From: a virus
IMG/VR virus record: IMGVR_UViG_3300045988_074812
Span: 1 to 12,769 of that record
Strand: one strand, 5' to 3'
DNA: 12,769 nucleotides
Shown: positions 7,075 through 12,627 of the stretch, in pieces
How the letters are laid out: the number at the start of each line of letters is the position of its first letter
Numbering within the stretch: position 1 is the first letter of the stretch
Program-made: the position numbers and the translations under genes
Notes under the pieces: generated by a model
Told to the model about the DNA's origin: nothing
Databases searched by the model: none
What the model saw: only the letters and a program-made list of their open reading frames with translations

Positions 7075-7410
7075 TTAATTCATGAGTTTCATGAGATCTT
7101 CTGCCACGTTATCCGATGTGCGTGGTGTTGATCCAGCTTTTCCAGATGCAGACAGGTTCCCAGCCTGTAACGTAGCGGTCAAAGTATTGATTGCTGTCAG
7201 CAAGGCTGCATTGGTTGCATCCTGTCCCGTCTGTGCTGTCAGATTCAGGGGAGTATTTGCAACCTGCTGTCCCAGATTCTGAATCTGTTCTGTACCCTGT
7301 GGGCTTGTGATCTGATTAAGCCCAGCCATGTTCTGAGCATTCAGGATTCCCATGATTTCATTTTTAGAAAAACCAAGCTTTCCAAGTTCTAAAATTTCAT
7401 TTACTTTCAT
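7075..7410 (-). CDS. Scaffolding-like protein (111 aa from the SD-led ATG; ORF stays open up to TTG 7554)
   Basis: The ORF track gives 7075..7554, but that start is TTG without an SD. ATG 7410 (MKVNEILELG...) has GGAG 9 nt upstream and lies downstream of a near-consensus promoter (7526-7554). The sequence is Q/N/T/A/L-rich and looks helical, and it lies directly upstream of the capsid gene, like phi29 gp7. The start is ambiguous. Confidence 0.5.
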   Translation of the reverse strand: MKVNEILELGKLGFSKNEIMGILNAQNMAGLNQITSPQGTEQIQNLGQQVANTPLNLTAQTGQDATNAALLTAINTLTATLQAGNLSASGKAGSTPRTSDNVAEDLMKLMN

Positions 7411-7430
7411 TTTTTCTATCTCCTTTTCTG

Positions 7431-7519
7431 CCGGAAGTGAAAAATTAAAATAGGTCAACGCTTCCGGGTTATCATCCCACGGCATCCGCTTCCGGCGGTC
7501 GATGTAGCCACGTTGACCT
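7431..7519 (-). promoter_or_regulatory. GC-rich structured leader candidate upstream of the scaffold/capsid genes
   Basis: There is a 9-bp inverted repeat AGGTCAACG (7452-7460) / CGTTGACCT (7511-7519). CGCTTCCGG is a direct repeat (7459-7467 and 7487-7495). CCGGAAG (7431-7437) is complementary to both CTTCCGG copies. The core 7452-7519 is 41/68 G+C in an AT-rich genome. The arm order on the mRNA is compatible with an H-type pseudoknot just 5' of the SD. Confidence 0.35.
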
Positions 7520-7525
7520 GTCTTT

Positions 7526-7554
7526 AATATATAATTTTTAAAATAGTTTGTCAA
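7526..7554 (-). promoter_or_regulatory. Near-consensus internal promoter (candidate late/structural promoter)
   Basis: On the minus strand: TTGACA (7554..7549), 17-nt spacer, TATATT (7531..7526; 5/6 to TATAAT). It lies in the last codons of the ATPase gene. The predicted TSS is about 7518-7519, exactly at the first arm of the GC-rich repeat element. Confidence 0.5.
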
Positions 7555-8584
7555 TATAGAATTTTACAGAAATATTCTGGTAGCTGATTCTATTTGTCAG
7601 ACGATAGCTGTCAATCCAGCTATAAAAGCATCTAAACTGATCTTTGCCATGCTGACTATCTTCAAATACATCCTTGCAGGATCCCGATATATGATCCGAA
7701 ACATACAAGTGTGCTTTTGACTTGTGTTCGTAAATAGCCACTTTTCCAATCACACAAATAAGCTTGTATTGGCGTATATCTTCTGATCGGATAGCAGAAA
7801 CATCATCATATGCAAATTCATTTGATAAAGCCATCTTTGCAAAGTCAGTATTGCCCGATAATGCACGATACAAAGCAGTATCTTTTTTCTTTTCTGAAAT
7901 CGGGGAATCATTAATGAGAACCAAGATGATTCCTCTCTCTTTTAGCATGGAAAACTCCTGCTTATTCTTTTTCATTCGCTCCAAGATTGGCAGCAGTCCG
8001 AAAGCTTGCACAATTGCATTATCTAAGGTGTTGGAGTTGGAAGCAAGCCACCAGCGGAATGGCTTCTTTCCCTGCAACTCCCTATTTGCTGAGATTGTTT
8101 CAACAGCATTTAAAAAAGCATCATCCTCCCCACTGATTGACTTAGCAATCTTTTCCGGAATAAATTCATCATAAATCCCCTCCGAAAAATCAGATCCGGA
8201 GAAACCACGGTTGTTATGCATTGAGGTGAGACAGAATGCCTCACCCCTATAAACTTCTTCATCCTCTGTTTGCTCCATGATCTTAATCCGTCCATACTCA
8301 CCTCTGGGCTTTTCAAAATGAAAAAACCTGTTCAGATCTTTATTTATGTCCAGCCATGGATCAAACTCCGGAAGAAATACTTTTGTCAGCTGCTCTTTTG
8401 TACGCCTCATATAGATGATCTTCTCATTTTTGGAAAAAACATCATTGATGAAGTGCTGGAATATTCCATACGTTTTCCCAGTTCTACGCGCTCCAATGAT
8501 GAAAATAAAGTTAATTTTATTTTTATCGGCAAGCTGGACGATCCTTGGAACATCCAGCCAACCATTTATATCATAGATGTTCAT
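7538..8584 (-). CDS. DNA encapsidation (packaging) ATPase, phi29 gp16-type
   Basis: The ORF track gives 7538..8632. I prefer ATG 8584 (MNIYDINGW...), which has GGTGGA 8 nt upstream and forms a TAATG overlap with the preceding stop, giving 348 aa. Walker A is IIGARRTGKT (about 8471-8494) and Walker B is GIYDEFIPEK. NFIFIIGARRTGKTYG...EKIIYMRRTKEQL parallels remembered gp16 NFVIGARGIGKSYA...EQFIYVRRYKPEL. There is no terminase nuclease domain. Confidence 0.9.
   Translation of the reverse strand: MNIYDINGWLDVPRIVQLADKNKINFIFIIGARRTGKTYGIFQHFINDVFSKNEKIIYMRRTKEQLTKVFLPEFDPWLDINKDLNRFFHFEKPRGEYGRIKIMEQTEDEEVYRGEAFCLTSMHNNRGFSGSDFSEGIYDEFIPEKIAKSISGEDDAFLNAVETISANRELQGKKPFRWWLASNSNTLDNAIVQAFGLLPILERMKKNKQEFSMLKERGIILVLINDSPISEKKKDTALYRALSGNTDFAKMALSNEFAYDDVSAIRSEDIRQYKLICVIGKVAIYEHKSKAHLYVSDHISGSCKDVFEDSQHGKDQFRCFYSWIDSYRLTNRISYQNISVKFYIDKLF
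7587..7614 (-). promoter_or_regulatory. Second promoter-like element upstream of the first
   Basis: On the minus strand: TTGACA (7614..7609), 16-nt spacer, TAGAAT (7592..7587; 5/6). It lies about 60 bp upstream of the 7554 element, inside the ATPase 3' end. Confidence 0.3.
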
Positions 8585-8883
8585 TATTGAAATCCACCCC
8601 CATAGGATGTCGGCTGCGAATTCTGATTGCATTCATTGTATTTTTTGATGCAAGCATCCTGCAAAAGCTTAGTCCATTCCTTATCAACTATATAAATGGA
8701 ATTATAGTATTTACCATCTTTTCCTTTTTTACTTGGGTATGACAGGAAAAGACCCTCTTTTCCCTCAACCAGCGTAAGCCCTTTAATTACAAGTGTTCCA
8801 TCCAGTTCCAGATCAACAAAAGCTTTTGTTTTTGAGTTTCCATTATAAGGTTTGCATGTGATTTTTACATTTGATTTTAACAT
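8584..8883 (-). CDS. SpoVG-family nucleic-acid-binding protein homologue
   Basis: 99 aa with GGAG upstream of ATG 8883. KAFVDLELDGTLVIKGLTLVEGKEGLFLSYPSKKGKDGKY aligns by eye with B. subtilis SpoVG [40 protein letters not shown]. This includes the GLF-x3-PSK-x3-DG signature, and the overall length is similar. Confidence 0.8.
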   Translation of the reverse strand: MLKSNVKITCKPYNGNSKTKAFVDLELDGTLVIKGLTLVEGKEGLFLSYPSKKGKDGKYYNSIYIVDKEWTKLLQDACIKKYNECNQNSQPTSYGGGFQ

Positions 8884-8884
8884 A

Positions 8885-9022
8885 TTAGTTTATCTCCTTT
8901 ACATCAATTCTAATAATTTTCCCCACCTTGTAAGCTACGATACTAATTTCATCATCCTCGTATGTTACTTTTCGCAGGCTGCTTGTTCGCAATGTTTCAT
9001 AGATCTCTGACATATCAATCAA
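8885..9022 (-). CDS. Small hypothetical protein (about 45 aa)
   Basis: The ORF track gives 8885..9085. GGAGG (9035..9031) lies 8 nt upstream of TTG 9022, followed by ATG 9013. The longer version has no SD and overlaps the 37-aa ORF. No motif recognised. Confidence 0.5.
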   Translation of the reverse strand: MIDMSEIYETLRTSSLRKVTYEDDEISIVAYKVGKIIRIDVKEIN

Positions 9023-9035
9023 TTTTCTCACCTCC

Positions 9036-9149
9036 TTAATCACCCAACAATAACCATACTTGACAGGTTGCAAACATGCAAGCAAAAGTGATGCAAGTCC
9101 AGAAAAGGGTGCTTAAATCTTCTTTGTTATCATTCCAGAACTTTTTCAT
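9036..9149 (-). CDS. 37-aa single-pass membrane microprotein (not in the supplied ORF track)
   Basis: My manual translation of the minus strand from ATG 9149 gives MKKFWNDNKEDLSTLFWTCITFACMFATCQVWLLLGD, ending at TAA 9038..9036. GGAGG (9165..9161) lies 8 nt upstream. The protein has a charged N-terminus and a ~22-aa hydrophobic segment. Its stop overlaps the SD of the next gene. Confidence 0.55.
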   Translation of the reverse strand: MKKFWNDNKEDLSTLFWTCITFACMFATCQVWLLLGD

Positions 9150-9204
9150 ATTTTACACCTCCTGCTTATACTTTAACTTATTTATGTTACAAAACTATTA
9201 CAGA

Positions 9205-9213
9205 TTTATAACA
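9205..9213 (-). promoter_or_regulatory. Possible extended -10 promoter in the AT-rich gap after the polymerase gene
   Basis: On the minus strand: TGtTATAAA (9213..9205) within the 70-bp non-coding gap 9150-9219. There is no good -35. This is weak evidence. Confidence 0.2.
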
Positions 9214-9219
9214 TTTATT

Positions 9220-11343
9220 CTAACTATATACGGTGTCTTCCATCTCAAAAGGCAGTGGTAATCCTGTTTCTTTATCATAAGGAATCGTGTGATCCAGCTC
9301 ATATTCTGTATCACTCAAGCGGATAGCACAGCCATATTCAATCCTGCATCCATCTATAACAATTTCATTAATTCCATCATTGAATAGATACTCTGTTTTC
9401 ATCTTCCATTTTGGATCCTGCCAATCATTCACCCTGCGGTAGTTCCTGCGGAACGTCAAGTCATTTTTGAAAATAAATCCTTTTCTAAAATTGGTTATAT
9501 CATCGTTAAGACAATAAATCCCCTCTTTTGGAACACCAGCAACTGTCAGATGCAAGCTTGCATCTTTTTTCAGTCGGTAGCAATACCGCTTGCTACCCAT
9601 CGTTTTAAATTCTGAATATAATCCATCAAACTCAGCAATTCCCAACCGGAAAGTTTTTTCCTTATACTCTACTACACCGATTTTTCTTTTTTCTGACATT
9701 TCAATTACAGACTGATTAAACTCATTCAGTTTATCATGATCCCAGTCTGTACCTTTTACAGAATCTGTGTCTGAGTATAACCACACCCGGCAGCAGGAAC
9801 CCAGCCGGAAAAGATAAGCTTGTGCATAAGCTGTAATCCATACTCCCCACTGGTACGGCATGAAGCTGTTTTTGTTCCGGTAGAACTTTTCAAGCTCTTT
9901 TTCCCTGTCCTCTGGTTCTTTTGCCTCCCACTCTCCGGATTCCATCAACTCAGTACATAAGATCTGGATGATACGCTGCACAGTCATTCCATACATTCCA
10001 TTAAGCTCCCCTTTTGAGATCATGTAGTTTGCTTCATCCAAATCCTTTAATGTGCATTTTTTAAAAAACAATTCCATCAAATAGCCTGTGAACCACTCCG
10101 GCAAGTAGTCTTTTGTAGCTCTCATGACCTTTGACACATCCGCCCAGTCATAATCATAGCTTGACAGGATTACATCTAAATCTGGATCCGTAAATGGATA
10201 GATGACAAGATCAGCGTTGACGATCTTTCCATTATCCAAATTGTCATAAAACTGTTCCTTTTTGCTTTTAGCTTCGGGAAAAACACAAACTTTTGCTTTT
10301 GAAAAAGCCAGCGGTGGCATGGGGCAGTCTTTTTTCAGTCTCAGATTCTTTAATCTGATATAGCCAGAAAAAGCATAATCATCTTTTAATTCCATAATGT
10401 CTTTTAATGTTATATTATTTGTATAACAAAAATTCGACATTGGAAACTTACAATAGCACATCCATGCAATATATGAACTTGTAAAGTCATAACACTCAAC
10501 AGGGTCTTTTATTAATTGATTCACATAATACCTGTTTGCATGGGTGTAGCCACCATGATAACAGTCAAGCATCTGATCATACTGCTCTAAGGTCAGAGCC
10601 ATTTTCTCAAATTGCTTTCTCCATTTCTTGTCTTTTCTTGCTCTCCTGCGGGCGTTCGTCCGGATAAATCCCGTATTGGTCAGCGGACAGTTCGCCACGT
10701 TAAATCCTCGCTGATCTATGTATTTGCGTAATGCCTTGCATAGACTGATTGTATCCGTACAGACATAGGCTATTTCTTTTGCTGTACGTGAACTTGCTGG
10801 CGTTCGGAATTTCTTATAGTCCCATGTGCCGACTGCTTTTTCAGTCGTTCCCATGTCTTTGCACAGTTTCTCTAATGATCGCTGTGTCAAGATAAGGCTG
10901 TCCCGAAATTCAACTCCTTGCCCTGTCCATTTCATGAAGATATACTTATGAGTTTTACTAGCAAGTGATTTGTCTGGCATTCCCCATTTTCGGAAAAAGT
11001 GATTACGAAGAAATACATAGTCATATGGAAAGTTATGCACATAAAAGCGTACAAGGTGGCTATCGTCAGCATGTAAAGTTGTGCAAATCCTGTCGATCGT
11101 ATCAATCAGATCAGAAACATGGTTGCCATAAATACAGCAATCATCCTCTATCGTGATTGTCCAATCCGTGACAAAGCCAATGTTTTTGTTAAGATAGACA
11201 AAAGTCTCCGTATCAACAGTTATAATTTTTTCATAAACTCCTAAATAATGCCCTGCATTGGATCGCCGGATAAAATCACCATTGAACAGTCGCATATAAT
11301 CGTAGTTCTTAAAATAAATAACTGAATATCCTGAGACTACCAT
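9220..11343 (-). CDS. Family-B DNA polymerase, protein-primed type (phi29 gp2-like)
   Basis: 707 aa with GGAGG 6 nt before ATG 11343. Exonuclease motifs: ExoI TVDTETF (about 11201-11220), ExoII HNFPYDYVF, ExoIII YVCTDTISL. Polymerase motifs: A YDFTSSYIAWM (compare phi29 DVNSLYPAQM), B KGELNGMYGM, C LYSDTDSVKG (about 9762-9779), and KxY in GSKRYCY. The long A-to-B spacing is consistent with a TPR1-type insertion. Confidence 0.95.
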   Translation of the reverse strand: MVVSGYSVIYFKNYDYMRLFNGDFIRRSNAGHYLGVYEKIITVDTETFVYLNKNIGFVTDWTITIEDDCCIYGNHVSDLIDTIDRICTTLHADDSHLVRFYVHNFPYDYVFLRNHFFRKWGMPDKSLASKTHKYIFMKWTGQGVEFRDSLILTQRSLEKLCKDMGTTEKAVGTWDYKKFRTPASSRTAKEIAYVCTDTISLCKALRKYIDQRGFNVANCPLTNTGFIRTNARRRARKDKKWRKQFEKMALTLEQYDQMLDCYHGGYTHANRYYVNQLIKDPVECYDFTSSYIAWMCYCKFPMSNFCYTNNITLKDIMELKDDYAFSGYIRLKNLRLKKDCPMPPLAFSKAKVCVFPEAKSKKEQFYDNLDNGKIVNADLVIYPFTDPDLDVILSSYDYDWADVSKVMRATKDYLPEWFTGYLMELFFKKCTLKDLDEANYMISKGELNGMYGMTVQRIIQILCTELMESGEWEAKEPEDREKELEKFYRNKNSFMPYQWGVWITAYAQAYLFRLGSCCRVWLYSDTDSVKGTDWDHDKLNEFNQSVIEMSEKRKIGVVEYKEKTFRLGIAEFDGLYSEFKTMGSKRYCYRLKKDASLHLTVAGVPKEGIYCLNDDITNFRKGFIFKNDLTFRRNYRRVNDWQDPKWKMKTEYLFNDGINEIVIDGCRIEYGCAIRLSDTEYELDHTIPYDKETGLPLPFEMEDTVYS

Positions 11344-11353
11344 GAGTTACCTC

Positions 11354-11977
11354 CTAATATGGTCTATACTTCAAAGCTTCTGATTCACCAGAGAACCCAA
11401 GCCGTTTAGCTATGACATCAGCCATTTCTTCGTCTGTACGCTCACGGAATTGCTCTAAATCCTCTATTATCTTTTTTACTGTAGAAGTATCAAGTTTATG
11501 ACTGATGATTCGCATTGTTTGCTTACTATCGTAGAATAATTGCATCCACTTCCAGACCTCAGACTTAAAAAATAACTTCATTTCCTCTTTTGATTTGAAA
11601 TTAATTCCATATTCTCTGCTGAGGGTCTTTTGGCGTTGATCTATGATCTCATGCCAGCCCTGCACAGTGCTGCTCTTTTCTTTCAGCACTTTTTGTATGG
11701 CCTTAACCTGAGTTCTAGGCAGACCTTTATATTTTTCATTATCCAGATTTTCCGGTATCGTTGATCGTCCTGGAAAAAATCTTGCAAGCAAATCTTGATA
11801 GTCTGCATAAGCTCCTCCAACTTCTGAATCAAAACCTTTTGCTTTTAACCTACGCATACGCTGATTCAGACGTTTTGCAAGTTGTCTGCGGAGCTGTAAA
11901 GCTTCCAGAGTAGTTAGCATTTTTGGGTTGACGTTCAACCCTTTTGACGTGGTTGGTATTTTAGGATTCTTTGGCAT
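11354..11977 (-). CDS. Candidate terminal protein (207 aa)
   Basis: It lies immediately upstream of, and co-oriented with, the protein-primed polymerase, as gp3-gp2 do in phi29. SD AGGGGGTGA precedes ATG 11977. The basic helical N-terminus (LQLRRQLAKRLNQRMRRLKAKGFD) recalls the phi29 TP N-terminal region (ARLVKNTKAKIARTKKKYGVD, from memory). The assignment is positional, with no verified homology. Confidence 0.5.
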   Translation of the reverse strand: MPKNPKIPTTSKGLNVNPKMLTTLEALQLRRQLAKRLNQRMRRLKAKGFDSEVGGAYADYQDLLARFFPGRSTIPENLDNEKYKGLPRTQVKAIQKVLKEKSSTVQGWHEIIDQRQKTLSREYGINFKSKEEMKLFFKSEVWKWMQLFYDSKQTMRIISHKLDTSTVKKIIEDLEQFRERTDEEMADVIAKRLGFSGESEALKYRPY

Positions 11978-12335
11978 TATATATCACCCCCTTCATATAC
12001 TCATAAATGCTATCGTATTCCCTAGTTGTTACGCGAAAATCTAATTCTGGTTTTTTAATGATCAAATAAAGATTCTCACATAGAACTCTTGCATCGTTAA
12101 TAGTATCATGAACATGAAATGAGGCAATAAAACGATTTGTTTCAACATTTATTAGAGACTTTGAACGATTGTACATTGTTTTTCGTGCAAGTCTCCTTAT
12201 GACGATTATTACTTCTGGATAGTTTAATTCTATCATGTCTGACCTGTCAAGATCTGGACTAGATTTCTTAAGAATCACTACAGGGGCTTTTACCCCGGTA
12301 TTTGTGTATTTAATTTTTGTATATTTTGATTTCAT
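11961..12335 (-). CDS. Hypothetical early protein (124 aa, basic N-terminus)
   Basis: SD GAGGAGG lies 8 nt before ATG 12335, which abuts the stop of the upstream gene. The 3' end overlaps the next gene by 17 nt. No motif recognised. Confidence 0.7.
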   Translation of the reverse strand: MKSKYTKIKYTNTGVKAPVVILKKSSPDLDRSDMIELNYPEVIIVIRRLARKTMYNRSKSLINVETNRFIASFHVHDTINDARVLCENLYLIIKKPELDFRVTTREYDSIYEYMKGVIYNAKES

Positions 12336-12548
12336 TTACTGGTCCTCCTCAAAATCAATGTTATTATTTCTTTCAATACAGTCTATTGAGTTAATTTTGC
12401 TACCGTCAAAAACACTAGGTACTGGATTATCAAACGGAATAGCTTTGCATGTTTGGTAAACCTTGTCATCTTTCAAAATCATGCTTAATGCTTTAACCGA
12501 CATGCTGTTCCCGTTTTTGTAATTGATTTTATAAGTATTGTCTTTCAT
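12336..12548 (-). CDS. Hypothetical early protein (70 aa), first gene of the long minus-strand operon
   Basis: The ORF track gives 12336..12587. The preferred start, ATG 12548..12546, uses the ITR-borne GGAGG, mirroring the left end. Only the start codon and one further base lie inside the ITR. Confidence 0.7.
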   Translation of the reverse strand: MKDNTYKINYKNGNSMSVKALSMILKDDKVYQTCKAIPFDNPVPSVFDGSKINSIDCIERNNNIDFEEDQ

Positions 12549-12598
12549 GTTTTCACCCTCCCGCCTTGTCGGCTGTTGCTGTTTCATTTGATAAGTCT

Positions 12599-12627
12599 AT
12601 TATAGTTCATATGAACTAATATGTCAA
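12599..12627 (-). promoter_or_regulatory. Consensus early promoter inside right ITR (mirror of 143-171)
   Basis: On the minus strand: TTGACA (12627..12622), 17 nt, TATAAT (12604..12599). It is identical to the left copy and heads the operon that runs from 12548 to 457. Confidence 0.8.
12603..12618. promoter_or_regulatory. Perfect 16-bp palindrome (candidate operator) in the right ITR promoter
   Basis: TAGTTCATATGAACTA, the mirror copy of 152-167. Confidence 0.5.

Noticed and set aside
7411-7537. A phi29-like packaging RNA (pRNA) gene next to the ATPase.
   Set aside because: pRNAs have no conserved primary sequence I could match, and the region has simpler explanations as a leader or coding sequence. 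No other non-coding gap is long enough (411-456, 9150-9219, ITRs). It is retained only as a remote alternative in the GC-rich element finding.
1816-8316. Minus-strand alternative-frame ORFs nested in larger genes: 1816..2022, 2185..2382, 4559..4774, 5836..6045, 8110..8316.
   Set aside because: They are fully embedded out of frame in the collar, tail-knob/lysin, capsid and ATPase genes. They have no SD and no recognisable sequence features, so they are most likely chance open frames.
3324-9085. N-terminal extensions given by the ORF track: connector 3324..3359, tail knob 4684..4725, ATPase 8585..8632, small ORF 9023..9085. The same applies to the terminal ORFs at 183..221 and 12549..12587.
   Set aside because: In each case an internal start has a properly spaced GGAGG-type SD or a stop-start overlap (ATGA/TAATG) with the upstream gene. 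The longer form lacks an SD and intrudes into the neighbouring gene.
9184-9213. An inverted repeat ATGTTA / TAACAT after the polymerase stop, as a possible early-operon terminator.
   Set aside because: The stem is only 6 bp and A/T-rich, with an 18-nt loop and no U-tract. That is too weak to call.
924-12459. Plus-strand ORFs from the track: 924..1145, 1403..1630, 1850..2182, 2452..2634, 2505..2861, 3027..3245, 3283..3600, 6066..6254, 6176..6397, 7082..7282, 7764..8174, 8270..8590, 8545..8742, 9076..9261, 10965..11156, 12235..12459.
   Set aside because: All lie antisense to longer minus-strand ORFs that carry recognisable domains or strong SDs. They have no SD of their own and their composition is Cys/Phe/Ile-rich and shadow-like. 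No plus-strand promoter was seen apart from the left ITR promoter, whose transcript ends at the 417-458 terminator.
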